NCBI GenBank assembly: GCA_044226015.1
Contig: JBGAHS010000003.1
Location: 64,001-128,000, forward strand
Source: Candidatus Obscuribacteraceae bacterium
GTDB taxonomy: Bacteria > Cyanobacteriota > Vampirovibrionia > Obscuribacterales > Obscuribacteraceae
DNA: 64,000 nucleotides
Direction of reading: 5' to 3'
Position numbers and translations under genes: made by a program. Shown piece after piece: positions 39,923-49,596 of this stretch. Within the stretch, counting starts at the first letter, position 1; each line of letters starts with the position of its first letter. The notes beneath the pieces are model-generated. The model did no database searches. It had not been told where the DNA came from and worked only from the letters and a program-made list of their open reading frames with translations.

Positions 39923-40233
39923 AAAATTGTCTCCATACTTAAGCCACTTTTCAGGATACCGCCTTTAGTGGCATTCGTACAGTTTTTTTATCAAGACATA
40001 CATTATCTGACGCATCACATCTGGTGGCATCCTTCGCCCCAAATTGCCAAGAGCAGTTTGTGAACTTTACTCCTTGAGCACATTGCGCTAGAAACTGACA
40101 TGAGCAAAACCATTTAAGTCGCAAATAATGGGACACTCCATCCATCACAATCAATCAAAGATTGATAGACCATCGCAAACAAAAGCCTCGCAGAAGGCTG
40201 CGAGGCCGTGTGTGAGTTGAAAACCCAACGAAA

Positions 40234-40569
40234 TTAGACCGCTGCGCTACGATCATAGGAGGAGGCGGACGAAGCAGCCGCGACCGCCAAATTTCCCGCT
40301 TCCGATTGCTGAAGCTCCTGTGCTGGAACCTTAACGTTAGCAAGCAAATCTGCAAGACTCATGCTCAAACCTCGTGCAAGAAACCAGGCCGCGCCGAGTG
40401 TTAGATTACGAATACCGCGCTCAACATCACTAATGTAGGTTCGGTGAAGTCCTGAGCGCGTCGCCAATTCTTCTTGAGATAACCCAAGTTCATTACGCTT
40501 TTGCTTAATAAACTTACCGAATGCAGTTAACAACGGCTTGATTTCATGGTCCCAATTTGTGTTTTGCAT
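40234..40569 (-). CDS. XRE-family HTH regulator (controller-protein-like)
   Basis: FGKFIKQKRNELGLSQEELATRSGLHRTYISDVERGIRNLTL. Confidence 0.9.
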   Translation of the reverse strand: MQNTNWDHEIKPLLTAFGKFIKQKRNELGLSQEELATRSGLHRTYISDVERGIRNLTLGAAWFLARGLSMSLADLLANVKVPAQELQQSEAGNLAVAAASSASSYDRSAAV

Positions 40570-41018
40570 GACCCACCTCTTCCTCTTAGCGTCTTTTCAG
40601 TATAGCAGGACTTAATTCATCAGACAAAGAAATACTGTCAGGCATGTCAAGCCCGAAGCGATATCTGTGGCTTACTTGTACGCCAGTTTTTCCCATAATG
40701 AACATAATCAATTTTATCGTATAGAATTGACTCTCGTCACTATTAGTCCAAGGACCGATCTGAAGAACGTAGTACTTTGTTTATCATTTGAATTAACTTA
40801 GCACAAAACCGTATGAATAGCCAACATTTCTTCTTGAAACTTTTGGCGCAAATTAAATTATCTCAATCGCCATCTCAAAACTACGTCAGCACAAGTATTT
40901 ACAGGCAAACACTGTTTTGCTCTCTTCCGACGAAAGAAAACAAAACAAACTCAATGAAATTACAGCTCTTAGACCCCAATTATTGAGGCATGAGCAAAAA
41001 TCACAATTTCCACATCAA

Positions 41019-42176
41019 TTATTTCAATCGAACGCGCAATAACTCAGTAAGCGAGAGTTTTTCTAGTGCGTAAAGTCCAGCACCAACAGCCTCTTTGACT
41101 CCCGCCGAATAGGAATAGGATATTTTACATTGGGAGAGCAATTCGGATTGAGCATAACGACTTAAGCCCTCCACAAAAGGACCTTTGAACATCTCTCCGC
41201 AAACTAAGTATGGAGCTGATACAACTATTGAGTCAGGCGCCATAAGGTTTATGCTTGGTGCTACAGCAAATGCTAGAGACTGAGCGCATTTCGCAAGCAA
41301 TGTAGTGAAACGAGGATCGCATAGATGATCACCAAACGCACTATCATCTGCAATTTCCAATCCATCTCTTTTGCACATACTTAGAAAGTTATTCACCGCA
41401 GCAATGCCATCAACGCATCCTGTCTTGCCGCATGAGCACAACCATGTCTCACCTGGAATAATCGTATGCCCGACTTCTCCTGCTAATTGATTTTTACCTT
41501 CAAGCAAATTGCGTTCCAACAAAATTGCTGAGCGAACTGCATGCCCAACACGAACATAAATCACTGTTTGAGAGTGCCGCGCTTCGCCGATGAGACCTTC
41601 AGCAAGTGCCGCCATACTCACCATTGACTTAAGTTGAACTGGAACTGAAAGCTTACGCGCAAGAGATTCTCTCAACGCAAAATAGCTCTCATTCTTCAAC
41701 CTTGGTGAATCATCTTTGATTGGCCCAGGAGCAGCCACACCAACAGATGCCAGCGAAGCCAGACCGATGCTTGATTGCTTACAAGCGGTTTTCAAAACCT
41801 GAATAATGAAATCGGAAACTTCTATCATGTCCAGAGTCTGCGCATCGTGCTCGAATGTTTCTCCAACGGCATTTGCGTTCATATCAATCAAGGAAAGCAA
41901 GACCTTGCTACCGTCCACCCTTACCCCCGCAGAAACGAGAGATTTGGAGTTAAATATCAAACCTATTGGACGACGTCCCATCCCGCTTGATCGAGCGCCC
42001 GACTCCATCAAGAACCCGGCTTGTATTAGTTCGTCCACAATACTCGAAACAGTAGCGGGCGAAAGTTCTGTTAGACGCGCCAGATCCGCGCGACTGATCT
42101 CAGGAGACAAGCGAACAGCCTGCAAAACGGTCTCTGCGTTTCGCAATCTCATTAGACTGAAGCTCTGGTTGCCCAT
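41019..42176 (-). CDS. ROK-family transcriptional regulator
   Basis: ISRADLARLTELSPATVSSIVDEL HTH, GRRP, AGEVGH, CSCGKTGC. Confidence 0.92.
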   Translation of the reverse strand: MGNQSFSLMRLRNAETVLQAVRLSPEISRADLARLTELSPATVSSIVDELIQAGFLMESGARSSGMGRRPIGLIFNSKSLVSAGVRVDGSKVLLSLIDMNANAVGETFEHDAQTLDMIEVSDFIIQVLKTACKQSSIGLASLASVGVAAPGPIKDDSPRLKNESYFALRESLARKLSVPVQLKSMVSMAALAEGLIGEARHSQTVIYVRVGHAVRSAILLERNLLEGKNQLAGEVGHTIIPGETWLCSCGKTGCVDGIAAVNNFLSMCKRDGLEIADDSAFGDHLCDPRFTTLLAKCAQSLAFAVAPSINLMAPDSIVVSAPYLVCGEMFKGPFVEGLSRYAQSELLSQCKISYSYSAGVKEAVGAGLYALEKLSLTELLRVRLK

Positions 42177-42282
42177 GCGGCAATTCTTACCGGTAATCTA
42201 ACCCACTAACGATAACCGATGGAAGCCCGCAAACAACTGTAGCCACACAAAAGTTGCATATCTTTTAACGAACAACCTGCCT

Positions 42283-42882
42283 TTAAGTGGCAGAGCGACT
42301 CAAAGCTGTTGCCAAAGTTTGGGTACTTGCCGCACTATTGAACAACTCAAGAGACTGCAGCCCTGGCTCGCTTTGCAGTGCAGCCAATTGCTTTTTTGTA
42401 GCCTCTTCAATGGCTGCTGCGGCTGCTCTGGCAAACTCATTCAGCATCTCTAGAACATTGCTAACTATTTCAGAAAAAGCTTTGAGCAGAAAACTCAATA
42501 AGGACGACAGAAATCCCAGAGGAGATGTGAAAGCCTGATTGAGCACCTCACCCATGCTCGAAACCATGTCTTGTACGGCTTTACCAATATCAGTGGGAGC
42601 AGCTTGCTCGCCAAGTTTTAACTCGGGAATCTCAAGCTTTTCAGCTCCACCAGCCATTGTTGCATCAGGAGCAGCCCCTGTTCTTGCAGCTGCATAGGCA
42701 TCAGCTGCAGCTTTGGCCGAAGCCGCTTCCTCAGCATGAGTGGGAAGAAACCCAGGTTGTGTGTCGCAAACGGCCGATTTTATTTCGCCAAACAGCGCAA
42801 GCGCGCCCTTTCCGCCAGCCTCGCTGACGCCAGCACCACCGCCGCCCAAACTGCTAGATTGTCTGTAAAACGGGGAAGGCAT
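42283..42882 (-). CDS. Hypothetical Ala-rich helical protein
   Basis: 199-aa ORF with GAGG RBS. Confidence 0.6.
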   Translation of the reverse strand: MPSPFYRQSSSLGGGGAGVSEAGGKGALALFGEIKSAVCDTQPGFLPTHAEEAASAKAAADAYAAARTGAAPDATMAGGAEKLEIPELKLGEQAAPTDIGKAVQDMVSSMGEVLNQAFTSPLGFLSSLLSFLLKAFSEIVSNVLEMLNEFARAAAAAIEEATKKQLAALQSEPGLQSLELFNSAASTQTLATALSRSAT

Positions 42883-43004
42883 CGAGAAAACCTCTATTTT
42901 GCATCGCCATGCATATAGATATATACAATTGTCAGAAAAATACCACTGCGAAAATGCGCTAACGGTGGGAAGATCACCACAGATCTAGCATGAAATTGTG
43001 TAAA

Positions 43005-44240
43005 TCAGAGATTGCTTTCATCTTCTGCGGACTCGGACATAAGCTTTTCTGCACGGGCAATTAGAGCTTCTTTACAGTCAGGATATTTGTCCGTCAAAAA
43101 CTTTTCTAGTGCCACCAGTGGCTGCAGAACTGACTTTTCAGTTATCTCAGGATGGCGACGCGGCCGTTCATTTGCAACGAATTGCGGCTTCAATCTCAGT
43201 GAAAGAACGTGACTAAGCCGCTTTCGTACATGTTCCTCACTGAGTTCTCCAGTGCGGTTTTGTGAGATTTTATAACGTACGCGAACAACAGCACCATCCA
43301 AAATCTTTGCCGAACAATGCTCTAGCAAGTCAGCAGTGAGGTCACTGGAGTCGGTCAAGTCACAGTCAACAGTTATGAAGCAACGCGGACTAATAGAATG
43401 AAAGCGCCAATTTACATTGCCACGTTCGATGTCTATCTCTAAAAATCCTTTGTCCTCAAACTCTTCACCAAAATCAACCCGCTCAATACTTCCGGCATAT
43501 GCCACCAGAGGACGCTCAGCATGCAAAATCTGATGACCATGCACATGCCCTAACGCCACATAATCTAATTTTGAATTCAGCCAGAAGCTAAGCGGAAAAC
43601 TAGTTGAGTAGCCAATCATCAACTCTTGTTCAGCACCAGCTCTAGCCGAATCAATCATCATATGAGCTGTTGCAACTGCGGGAACCGTCTCATCAAGCTG
43701 ATCGTAGAGATCTTCCAATATTGCGCCAACAAGTTTAACTAGCAATTTGTCGATTTCAACCGGCGAACAGTTGGCATATTTTTCTTGTGTCAAAAGCAAA
43801 TGTTTTGTCACATGCGGCATACCGATTATCTGCAAAGGACCCTTCGCCGTGTCAATTTTGATAAGCCTGGGCTCTTGAATAACAATGACTCCGGGAATCT
43901 CCAACGAATGGAAGACGGACATCGAATGGCTAGCACCACCCCGCAAAATCTGGTCATGATTTCCCACCAACAGAATGGTCGGGATTTCTGCTTTAGATAA
44001 GCGGTTCAACTGCTCTGCAAAAGCCTGCTGATGAATAGGCTCTGGAGCCGCAGTTTTATATGCATCGCCCGAAAAAAGAAAAACATCAGCGCCACTTTCG
44101 ATTGCAAAGTCCACCGCTTTCCGGAGGGCAAGCACAAAATCTTCGAACCTTATATTCAGCCCTGTCAAAGGGTTTAGACGCCCATGACTCTCCCCCGAGC
44201 CAAAATGAATATCTGAAACATGGATTAGTTTTATCGCCAC
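43005..44240 (-). CDS. sbcD: Exonuclease SbcCD subunit D
   Basis: HVSDIHFG, FSGDAY, LVGNHD, YVALGHVH, YAGSIERVDFGE; cyanobacterial-like SHGRLNPLTGLNIRFEDF. Confidence 0.93.
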   Translation of the reverse strand: MAIKLIHVSDIHFGSGESHGRLNPLTGLNIRFEDFVLALRKAVDFAIESGADVFLFSGDAYKTAAPEPIHQQAFAEQLNRLSKAEIPTILLVGNHDQILRGGASHSMSVFHSLEIPGVIVIQEPRLIKIDTAKGPLQIIGMPHVTKHLLLTQEKYANCSPVEIDKLLVKLVGAILEDLYDQLDETVPAVATAHMMIDSARAGAEQELMIGYSTSFPLSFWLNSKLDYVALGHVHGHQILHAERPLVAYAGSIERVDFGEEFEDKGFLEIDIERGNVNWRFHSISPRCFITVDCDLTDSSDLTADLLEHCSAKILDGAVVRVRYKISQNRTGELSEEHVRKRLSHVLSLRLKPQFVANERPRRHPEITEKSVLQPLVALEKFLTDKYPDCKEALIARAEKLMSESAEDESNL

Positions 44241-44249
44241 GTTTTCACC

Positions 44250-45128
44250 TTGAACAGCAGAAATTCACTGAAAAGAGCGCAGCAAAACTGCACATTGCTT
44301 CAAGATAACCATAACACATGCGCTACAATGTATGTGATGTTTATATTTCTCCGAAAATCTTCGTTCTTGAGCTGCGCTGCTGCAATTCTTTTATGCAGTA
44401 TTGCCTGCCATGCAAGAAATACTTACACCAGCAACATCAGCGCAAGCAGCATTAAGTCTGCTGTTGAAAGCCTGGATTTTCTGGCAAAGGAATCAAAGCA
44501 GCAAATCTATACTTCTTATTCAAACGGAATTGCATCAGTTTCTCTGTTTAGACATCCCGAGGCGACAAAAGCAGACTGCAAAATCGATACAGTTTTACTT
44601 GCCCGTCGCGTAATAGCTCTGGCACCCAAAGAAGTAAAGCTTATTCGCTGCGTTTTTTATGATATGGATCGCCAGAATGAGTTTTGGGAAGTGGAAATCC
44701 GAGCGCAGTTGGTTGCAGCATTTGGCAACGGAGAGATTGGCGAGCATGACCTAATCAACAGTATTCTGCTTACAGAAGACAGGCAAAAAAATCCACTGAG
44801 TGAAAAGTACGCAGCACTGTCATACAGCGGCATACTGGGGTTTAACGGAGTTGTCCCCGGGGCTTATGAAGCCAAACGACTTGCGATTCACCTGCGCCTG
44901 GAAGAGCTGGAAAAGCAAAAAGTAGAGATAGGTCGCTTTCGCGAGGATTTCTTGCGCATCGAAGATGCAGCAAGACGCGGACATGACAAAGACCTCGCTA
45001 ATCAAGTCAATTCTTTAAACAAAAACTTGGACCAGTATGTGGACCAGATGATCAGCTCTGGCATGATGCAAAAACCAGAGTTGAAACGCGCAAAAAACTC
45101 AGTCCTAGAACAAACACCTAAAATCTAG
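44250..45128 (+). CDS. Hypothetical exported protein
   Basis: Signal-like segment FLSCAAAILLCSIACHA; real start probably a downstream ATG (~44328-44337). Confidence 0.65.
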   Translation: MNSRNSLKRAQQNCTLLQDNHNTCATMYVMFIFLRKSSFLSCAAAILLCSIACHARNTYTSNISASSIKSAVESLDFLAKESKQQIYTSYSNGIASVSLFRHPEATKADCKIDTVLLARRVIALAPKEVKLIRCVFYDMDRQNEFWEVEIRAQLVAAFGNGEIGEHDLINSILLTEDRQKNPLSEKYAALSYSGILGFNGVVPGAYEAKRLAIHLRLEELEKQKVEIGRFREDFLRIEDAARRGHDKDLANQVNSLNKNLDQYVDQMISSGMMQKPELKRAKNSVLEQTPKI

Positions 45129-45140
45129 TGGGAGCCAAAA

Positions 45141-46595
45141 GTGAGCAAAAGTACTCACAGTTTACGCAAGAATCAAAAGCTGAAACTGAAAATTGAATCG
45201 ATGTCAGCTAGCGGACAGGGCGTCGCGAAGCACGACGGAGTAGCGATTTTCGTCGATCAAAGCATAAGCGGAGATGTGGTCGAGGCAGAACTCTACGATG
45301 TCAGAAAAGACTTTGCACTAGCCAAGATATTGAGCATAAAACAAGCTTCGTATATGCGAAGAGAGCCGCCTTGCAAAATCGCTAGAATCTGCGGTGGCTG
45401 CCAATGGCAGCACATAAAGTATGATGGACAGTGCGAAGCGAAGACTGACATAGTCAAACAAGCAATTAAAAGAATCGCGGGACTGTCACCAGATATAGTG
45501 CTAGACACCCTGCCAGCGCCCGACGAACTAAACTATAGAAACAAAGTCCAGTTTCCCGTGGCTTCACCGCATAAGTCTGAGCGCATTCTGGCAGGCTATT
45601 ACAAACAAGGCTCTCACGAACTGGTGAACATAAAACATTGCCCAGTGCAACCAGAGATTTTGGACGATGTTCTTGAAGAGGCAAAAATAGCCGCAGAGGA
45701 AGCAGGCTATTCGGCATATCGAGAAGAGTCGCACAGCGGGCTAATCAGGCATATGATTGCGCGACACAGTTATTCAGAGAATGAAGTGCTTTTCACAGTG
45801 GTACTAAATATGCCACCAGAATCATTTTCGAACTATAAGGAAAGCATGGCGAACTTTGCGAGCAATTTGATGCGTCGAGTTCCAAATGTGAAAGGTTTCT
45901 GCGTAAACTTCAACCCCGCAAAAGGCAATCGTATTCTAGGAAATCAGACTCTTCTGGTAAATGGCAGAGACTACATCATCGAAAAGCTCTCGAGCAATCA
46001 CGTCAAGGCTAGCGCCCGACTGAAGGCAGGTTTGAAGTTCCAACTTTCGCCAGCAAGCTTCTTCCAAGTAAATTCGATGCAAGCGGTTCAGCTAATGGAC
46101 CTGGTTTTAGAAGCAATTTTGCAATATACCGAACACAAAAACATCAGCAAAGTTCCTCTGATTATCGACGCTTTCGCCGGCGTTGCTAGCATAGCTTTGT
46201 GGGTCTCAGACCTGGCCGATAAAGTCATCGCTGTAGAAGAAGTCGCGGACGCGGTCAAAGATGCTGAGAGAATCAAACTATTGAACGGTATAGACAATCT
46301 GGAGCCGTTGCTCGGAAGAGTTGAAGATGTTTTTCCAAACTTGCTTGAGCAAAAAATTCAGGCACCAATACTGATACTAGACCCACCACGAAAGGGCGTC
46401 GACCCGACAGCACTTGAGGCGGTTTCAAAACTGGGGCCAGAGCGAGTTATCTATGTAAGTTGCAACCCAGCAACTCTTGCAAGAGACCTCAAAATTCTGG
46501 AGGGATTTGGATACACAACGAAGTATGTCCAACCTTTGGATCTTTTCCCTCAAACATTTCACGTGGAAAGCGTCAGCGTGCTTGATCGCTTCTAA
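45141..46595 (+). CDS. rlmD: 23S rRNA (uracil-1939-C5)-methyltransferase
   Basis: TRAM domain, C..CGGCQWQH, YRNK, SFFQVN, LDPPRKG, YVSCNPATLARD, DLFPQTFHVE. Confidence 0.95.
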   Translation: MSKSTHSLRKNQKLKLKIESMSASGQGVAKHDGVAIFVDQSISGDVVEAELYDVRKDFALAKILSIKQASYMRREPPCKIARICGGCQWQHIKYDGQCEAKTDIVKQAIKRIAGLSPDIVLDTLPAPDELNYRNKVQFPVASPHKSERILAGYYKQGSHELVNIKHCPVQPEILDDVLEEAKIAAEEAGYSAYREESHSGLIRHMIARHSYSENEVLFTVVLNMPPESFSNYKESMANFASNLMRRVPNVKGFCVNFNPAKGNRILGNQTLLVNGRDYIIEKLSSNHVKASARLKAGLKFQLSPASFFQVNSMQAVQLMDLVLEAILQYTEHKNISKVPLIIDAFAGVASIALWVSDLADKVIAVEEVADAVKDAERIKLLNGIDNLEPLLGRVEDVFPNLLEQKIQAPILILDPPRKGVDPTALEAVSKLGPERVIYVSCNPATLARDLKILEGFGYTTKYVQPLDLFPQTFHVESVSVLDRF

Positions 46596-46607
46596 GTGCC
46601 CGCGACT

Positions 46608-46871
46608 GCATCATCGGATCTGCAACAGCTTCATCGAGTTCCGCAACAGCTTCATCGGGATCCGTAACTGCCTCATCGGGATCCGCAACAGCTTCATCGG
46701 GATCCGCAACAGCTTCATCGGGATCTGCAACAGCATCATCGGGATCTGCGACAGCCTCATCGGGATCCGTAACTGCCTCATCGGGATCCGCAACAGCTTC
46801 ATCGGGATCCGCTACAGCTTCATCGGGATCCGCTACAGCATCATCGGGATCCGTTACAGCATCATCGGGAT
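46608..46871. repeat. Intergenic 21-bp tandem repeat, 12 copies plus a partial copy
   Basis: catcgggatccgcaacagctt variants, starting just after the rlmD stop. Confidence 0.95.
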
Positions 46872-47022
46872 TGAACTCTATTAAATGATTGGAGAGTAGC
46901 TCCTATATCAGCCAGGCTACTGACATCAAGAGGGATCACATTCAATCAAGTTCCAGAGAATTCACCCTAATTTTTCCTGCCTCCTGGTTTACACACATGT
47001 GCAGCGAAGGGGGTGTCAAGAA

Positions 47023-47196
47023 ATGTCCGGTTCAAAGTTCAATCGCAAAACGTTTTCAAAGTTCAACAACGGAAACAGCAATCGTGATTCCAAAAAAGAA
47101 AACCAATGCAAGCTTTTCGGACACAGCCCCAGCAAAATCAAAGCAGGACAGAACCTGTTTTGCGCTTATTGCGGCAAACGATATTGCGCTAACTGA
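47023..47196 (+). CDS. Small basic protein with a putative C/H zinc-binding motif
   Basis: AAGGGGG RBS; MSGSKFNRK...CKLFGH...CAYCGKRYC. Confidence 0.5.
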   Translation: MSGSKFNRKTFSKFNNGNSNRDSKKENQCKLFGHSPSKIKAGQNLFCAYCGKRYCAN

Positions 47197-47402
47197 ATCG
47201 TCTATCGTCCAGACTGAGTGGTAGCACTGCGAAAGTTTTTTGAGCCAGAGCCTGAGCGTCTGGCTCTTTATTTGTGAATCCGCCGGAGCAAACAGGCTCT
47301 CATCTACTCGCCAAAGCAAAATGCCAAATTATTACAATCGGCATCCCAGGCAGCTTGATCTAGCATTCGTGTCCACGGTATATTAGGATATTCTCACAAG
47401 GC

Positions 47403-47879
47403 ATGTTGCGTGAGGGCAAAGTGGTCTTATCAGGAATTTGGAAGCGGTCAGAAGGCAAGGAAGATCCCCTCAAAGGATTGGTAGTCAACCATGACAAGGG
47501 TATTCCGCCCCTTCAGGTACAAGATCTCTGTGCTTCTGTGGGCTGGAGCCGGCGCGACCCGGTTCTTATTGCGAAGGCGCTGAATTTCAGCCTTGCGGTC
47601 GTTAGCGTCTGGGACAAAGAAACAATGGTTGGCTTTGCCCGTGCAACCGGTGACCAGGTATTCAACGCAACCATTTGGGATGTTGCTGTAAGACCGTCCT
47701 ACCAGAAACGAGGAGTTGGACGACTTCTCATGATCGAGCTCTTGAAAGACCTCGACACTTATGGAATTCCTCTCATCACCCTTTACGCTGACCCCGGAAC
47801 GGACGGGTTCTACAAGAGATTTGGCTTTTCCACAGATCCATCTGGCGTAAGAGGCATGTTTAGAGACTCCGAACTCTAA
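47403..47879 (+). CDS. GNAT acetyltransferase, Ycf52-like
   Basis: LCASVGWSRR, GFARATGDQVFNATIWDVAV, ITLYADP, FYKRFGF..DPSGVRGMF. Confidence 0.88.
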   Translation: MLREGKVVLSGIWKRSEGKEDPLKGLVVNHDKGIPPLQVQDLCASVGWSRRDPVLIAKALNFSLAVVSVWDKETMVGFARATGDQVFNATIWDVAVRPSYQKRGVGRLLMIELLKDLDTYGIPLITLYADPGTDGFYKRFGFSTDPSGVRGMFRDSEL

Positions 47880-48066
47880 TAGAGATATTTTTTAACTGCC
47901 ATTTGATCCCGAATGTTAAAGCAAGCTCAAAGCTGGCGGGTTCCTATGTCTATTCATGGTAGATTAACTATCCTGATTCCGTCTTGCCCCTAAAATGAGC
48001 AAGACCAAGCCTGAGTCCCGTTCGGTTAGCAGGCAATTTATCTTCGCTAGGAAAGCTGGAGTTCTT

Positions 48067-48612
48067 ATGAAAGTCATTCTGCAGAAAAACGTACAATCGC
48101 TTGGCAAGCTTGGCGATGTTGTAGAAGCCAAGCCAGGTTATTACCGCAATTATCTTCAGCCAAGAGGATTTGCAGTTGTCGCCACAACTGGCGCACTCAA
48201 AAAGAGAGAAGAAGATCTTGAAGCGTTGAAAGCTAAAGCTGAAAAACTCCATCAAGAAGCTGTCGAACTTGGTCAAAAGATTACCGCTTTGGGTAGTGTC
48301 AACATCGATCAAAAGGCTGGAGATGGTGGCAAGCTTTACGGAAAAGTCACCCACAAAGATATCGCCGATGCTATCAGCAAGGCCTTAGAAGGTCCAATCG
48401 ACAAGAAAGGCATCAAGACAATCGAGGAAATTTCCACGATTGGTACATACAAAGTCTACGTCAAAGTCGCTACTGACGTTCAAGCTGAAATCTACGTTGT
48501 GGTTTATGACTCCACAACAGGTGAAGCACCAAAGCCAAAACTTCCGAGTGCGAAAGTTGAAGAAGCTCCAGCTACAGAAGAAGCTGCAAGCGAAGAAGCT
48601 GGCGAAGAATAA
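48067..48612 (+). CDS. rplI: 50S ribosomal protein L9 with an acidic C-terminal tail
   Basis: MKVILQKNVQSLGKLGDVVEAKPGYYRNYLQPRG; GKLYGKVTHKDIA. Confidence 0.96.
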   Translation: MKVILQKNVQSLGKLGDVVEAKPGYYRNYLQPRGFAVVATTGALKKREEDLEALKAKAEKLHQEAVELGQKITALGSVNIDQKAGDGGKLYGKVTHKDIADAISKALEGPIDKKGIKTIEEISTIGTYKVYVKVATDVQAEIYVVVYDSTTGEAPKPKLPSAKVEEAPATEEAASEEAGEE

Positions 48613-48635
48613 ATCAAAAAACGAACGAGTTTTAG

Positions 48636-48667
48636 AAGAGAGCAACCCACAAGGTTGCTCTCTTTTT
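48636..48667 (+). terminator. Intrinsic terminator after rplI
   Basis: aagagagcaacc-cacaa-ggttgctctctt followed by ttt. Confidence 0.85.
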
Positions 48668-48854
48668 ATCTGGGTGTTGAAGGCTGGCGTGTGAGTCGCA
48701 ATCGTCGACAGAGCCTCAGTTCCCGACAGAGAGCCCAATCGGCTCTGAAGCTAGTTGATTGCTCCGTCAAAATACTGAATTGACAACTGGTAATTCGTCC
48801 GATAGGCGAATAGAGCAATAGACAGTAAAGTGAGATCAACTGGGGGGGTACTGT

Positions 48855-49178
48855 ATGAGCTCATCCACTCTGTCACCAAGGGACTTCAGGGATAACAACA
48901 TGCCAGATTTTGAAACCTGGAATTTACTAATTCATGCGGCACGGGCGAGCGAAGCAAAAGACCCCGCATTTTCCGAAAACTGCTTGAGAAAAGCACTTCG
49001 ATTTAGCGAAGATCTGTACGGAAAAGAGAGCCCAGAGACCGGACTTTGCCTCATAGAGCTGTCCGATTTTCTAGAGAGAAAAGGCAATGACTCAGAAGCA
49101 GAAATGCTGAGCAAACGCTATCACGACATACTATGTAAGTATGCTAGAGAACTGGGAATTCAAAAACAGATCAGCTAG
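48855..49178 (+). CDS. Small TPR-like protein
   Basis: LRKALRFSEDLYGKESPETGLCLIELSDFLERKG..EAE. Confidence 0.7.
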   Translation: MSSSTLSPRDFRDNNMPDFETWNLLIHAARASEAKDPAFSENCLRKALRFSEDLYGKESPETGLCLIELSDFLERKGNDSEAEMLSKRYHDILCKYARELGIQKQIS

Positions 49179-49188
49179 CTTTGGCGCA

Positions 49189-49596
49189 TCAAGAGATTTG
49201 CAAACTGTCTTCGTTGAACGCTTCTGTTGAAAGAGAACCGTCAACGGCTCGCTTTAATATCTCAATTTTCTTTTCGGCGTTTTTCAATATTCCTTCGCAG
49301 GACTTAGACAGCTTCATTCCTCGATCAAACAGCTGAAGCGCTTCCTCGAGTTTTACTTCACCTTCGAGTTGTGATACCACCTTTTCCAACTCAAGAAGAG
49401 CTTCCTCAAAATCTCTTCCAGTGTCGACCTCGGACACGGCACCGCCTGCACTTGAAGCAACTGCGCTTGGTGTTGCACTTGTTACTGATGATTCTACTGC
49501 CATCTCTTTAGCCTCTTCTGTTTGAGTTATAGGAAGACTCAACTGAGTCATTTCGAGTTTGATTTCTGTCTTTACTGACTTTTTCTTTTCATTCAT
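49189..49596 (-). CDS. xseB: Exodeoxyribonuclease VII small subunit with an N-terminal extension
   Basis: FEEALLELEKVVSQLE..VKLEEALQLFDRGMKLSKSC..ILKNAEKKI; ATGA overlap with xseA. Confidence 0.93.
   Translation of the reverse strand: MNEKKKSVKTEIKLEMTQLSLPITQTEEAKEMAVESSVTSATPSAVASSAGGAVSEVDTGRDFEEALLELEKVVSQLEGEVKLEEALQLFDRGMKLSKSCEGILKNAEKKIEILKRAVDGSLSTEAFNEDSLQIS

Noticed and set aside
46608..46884. CRISPR array or real CDS (ORFs 46477..46884 and 46611..46802)
   Set aside because: Head-to-tail 21-mers without spacers; the ORFs are by-products of a stop-free repeat.
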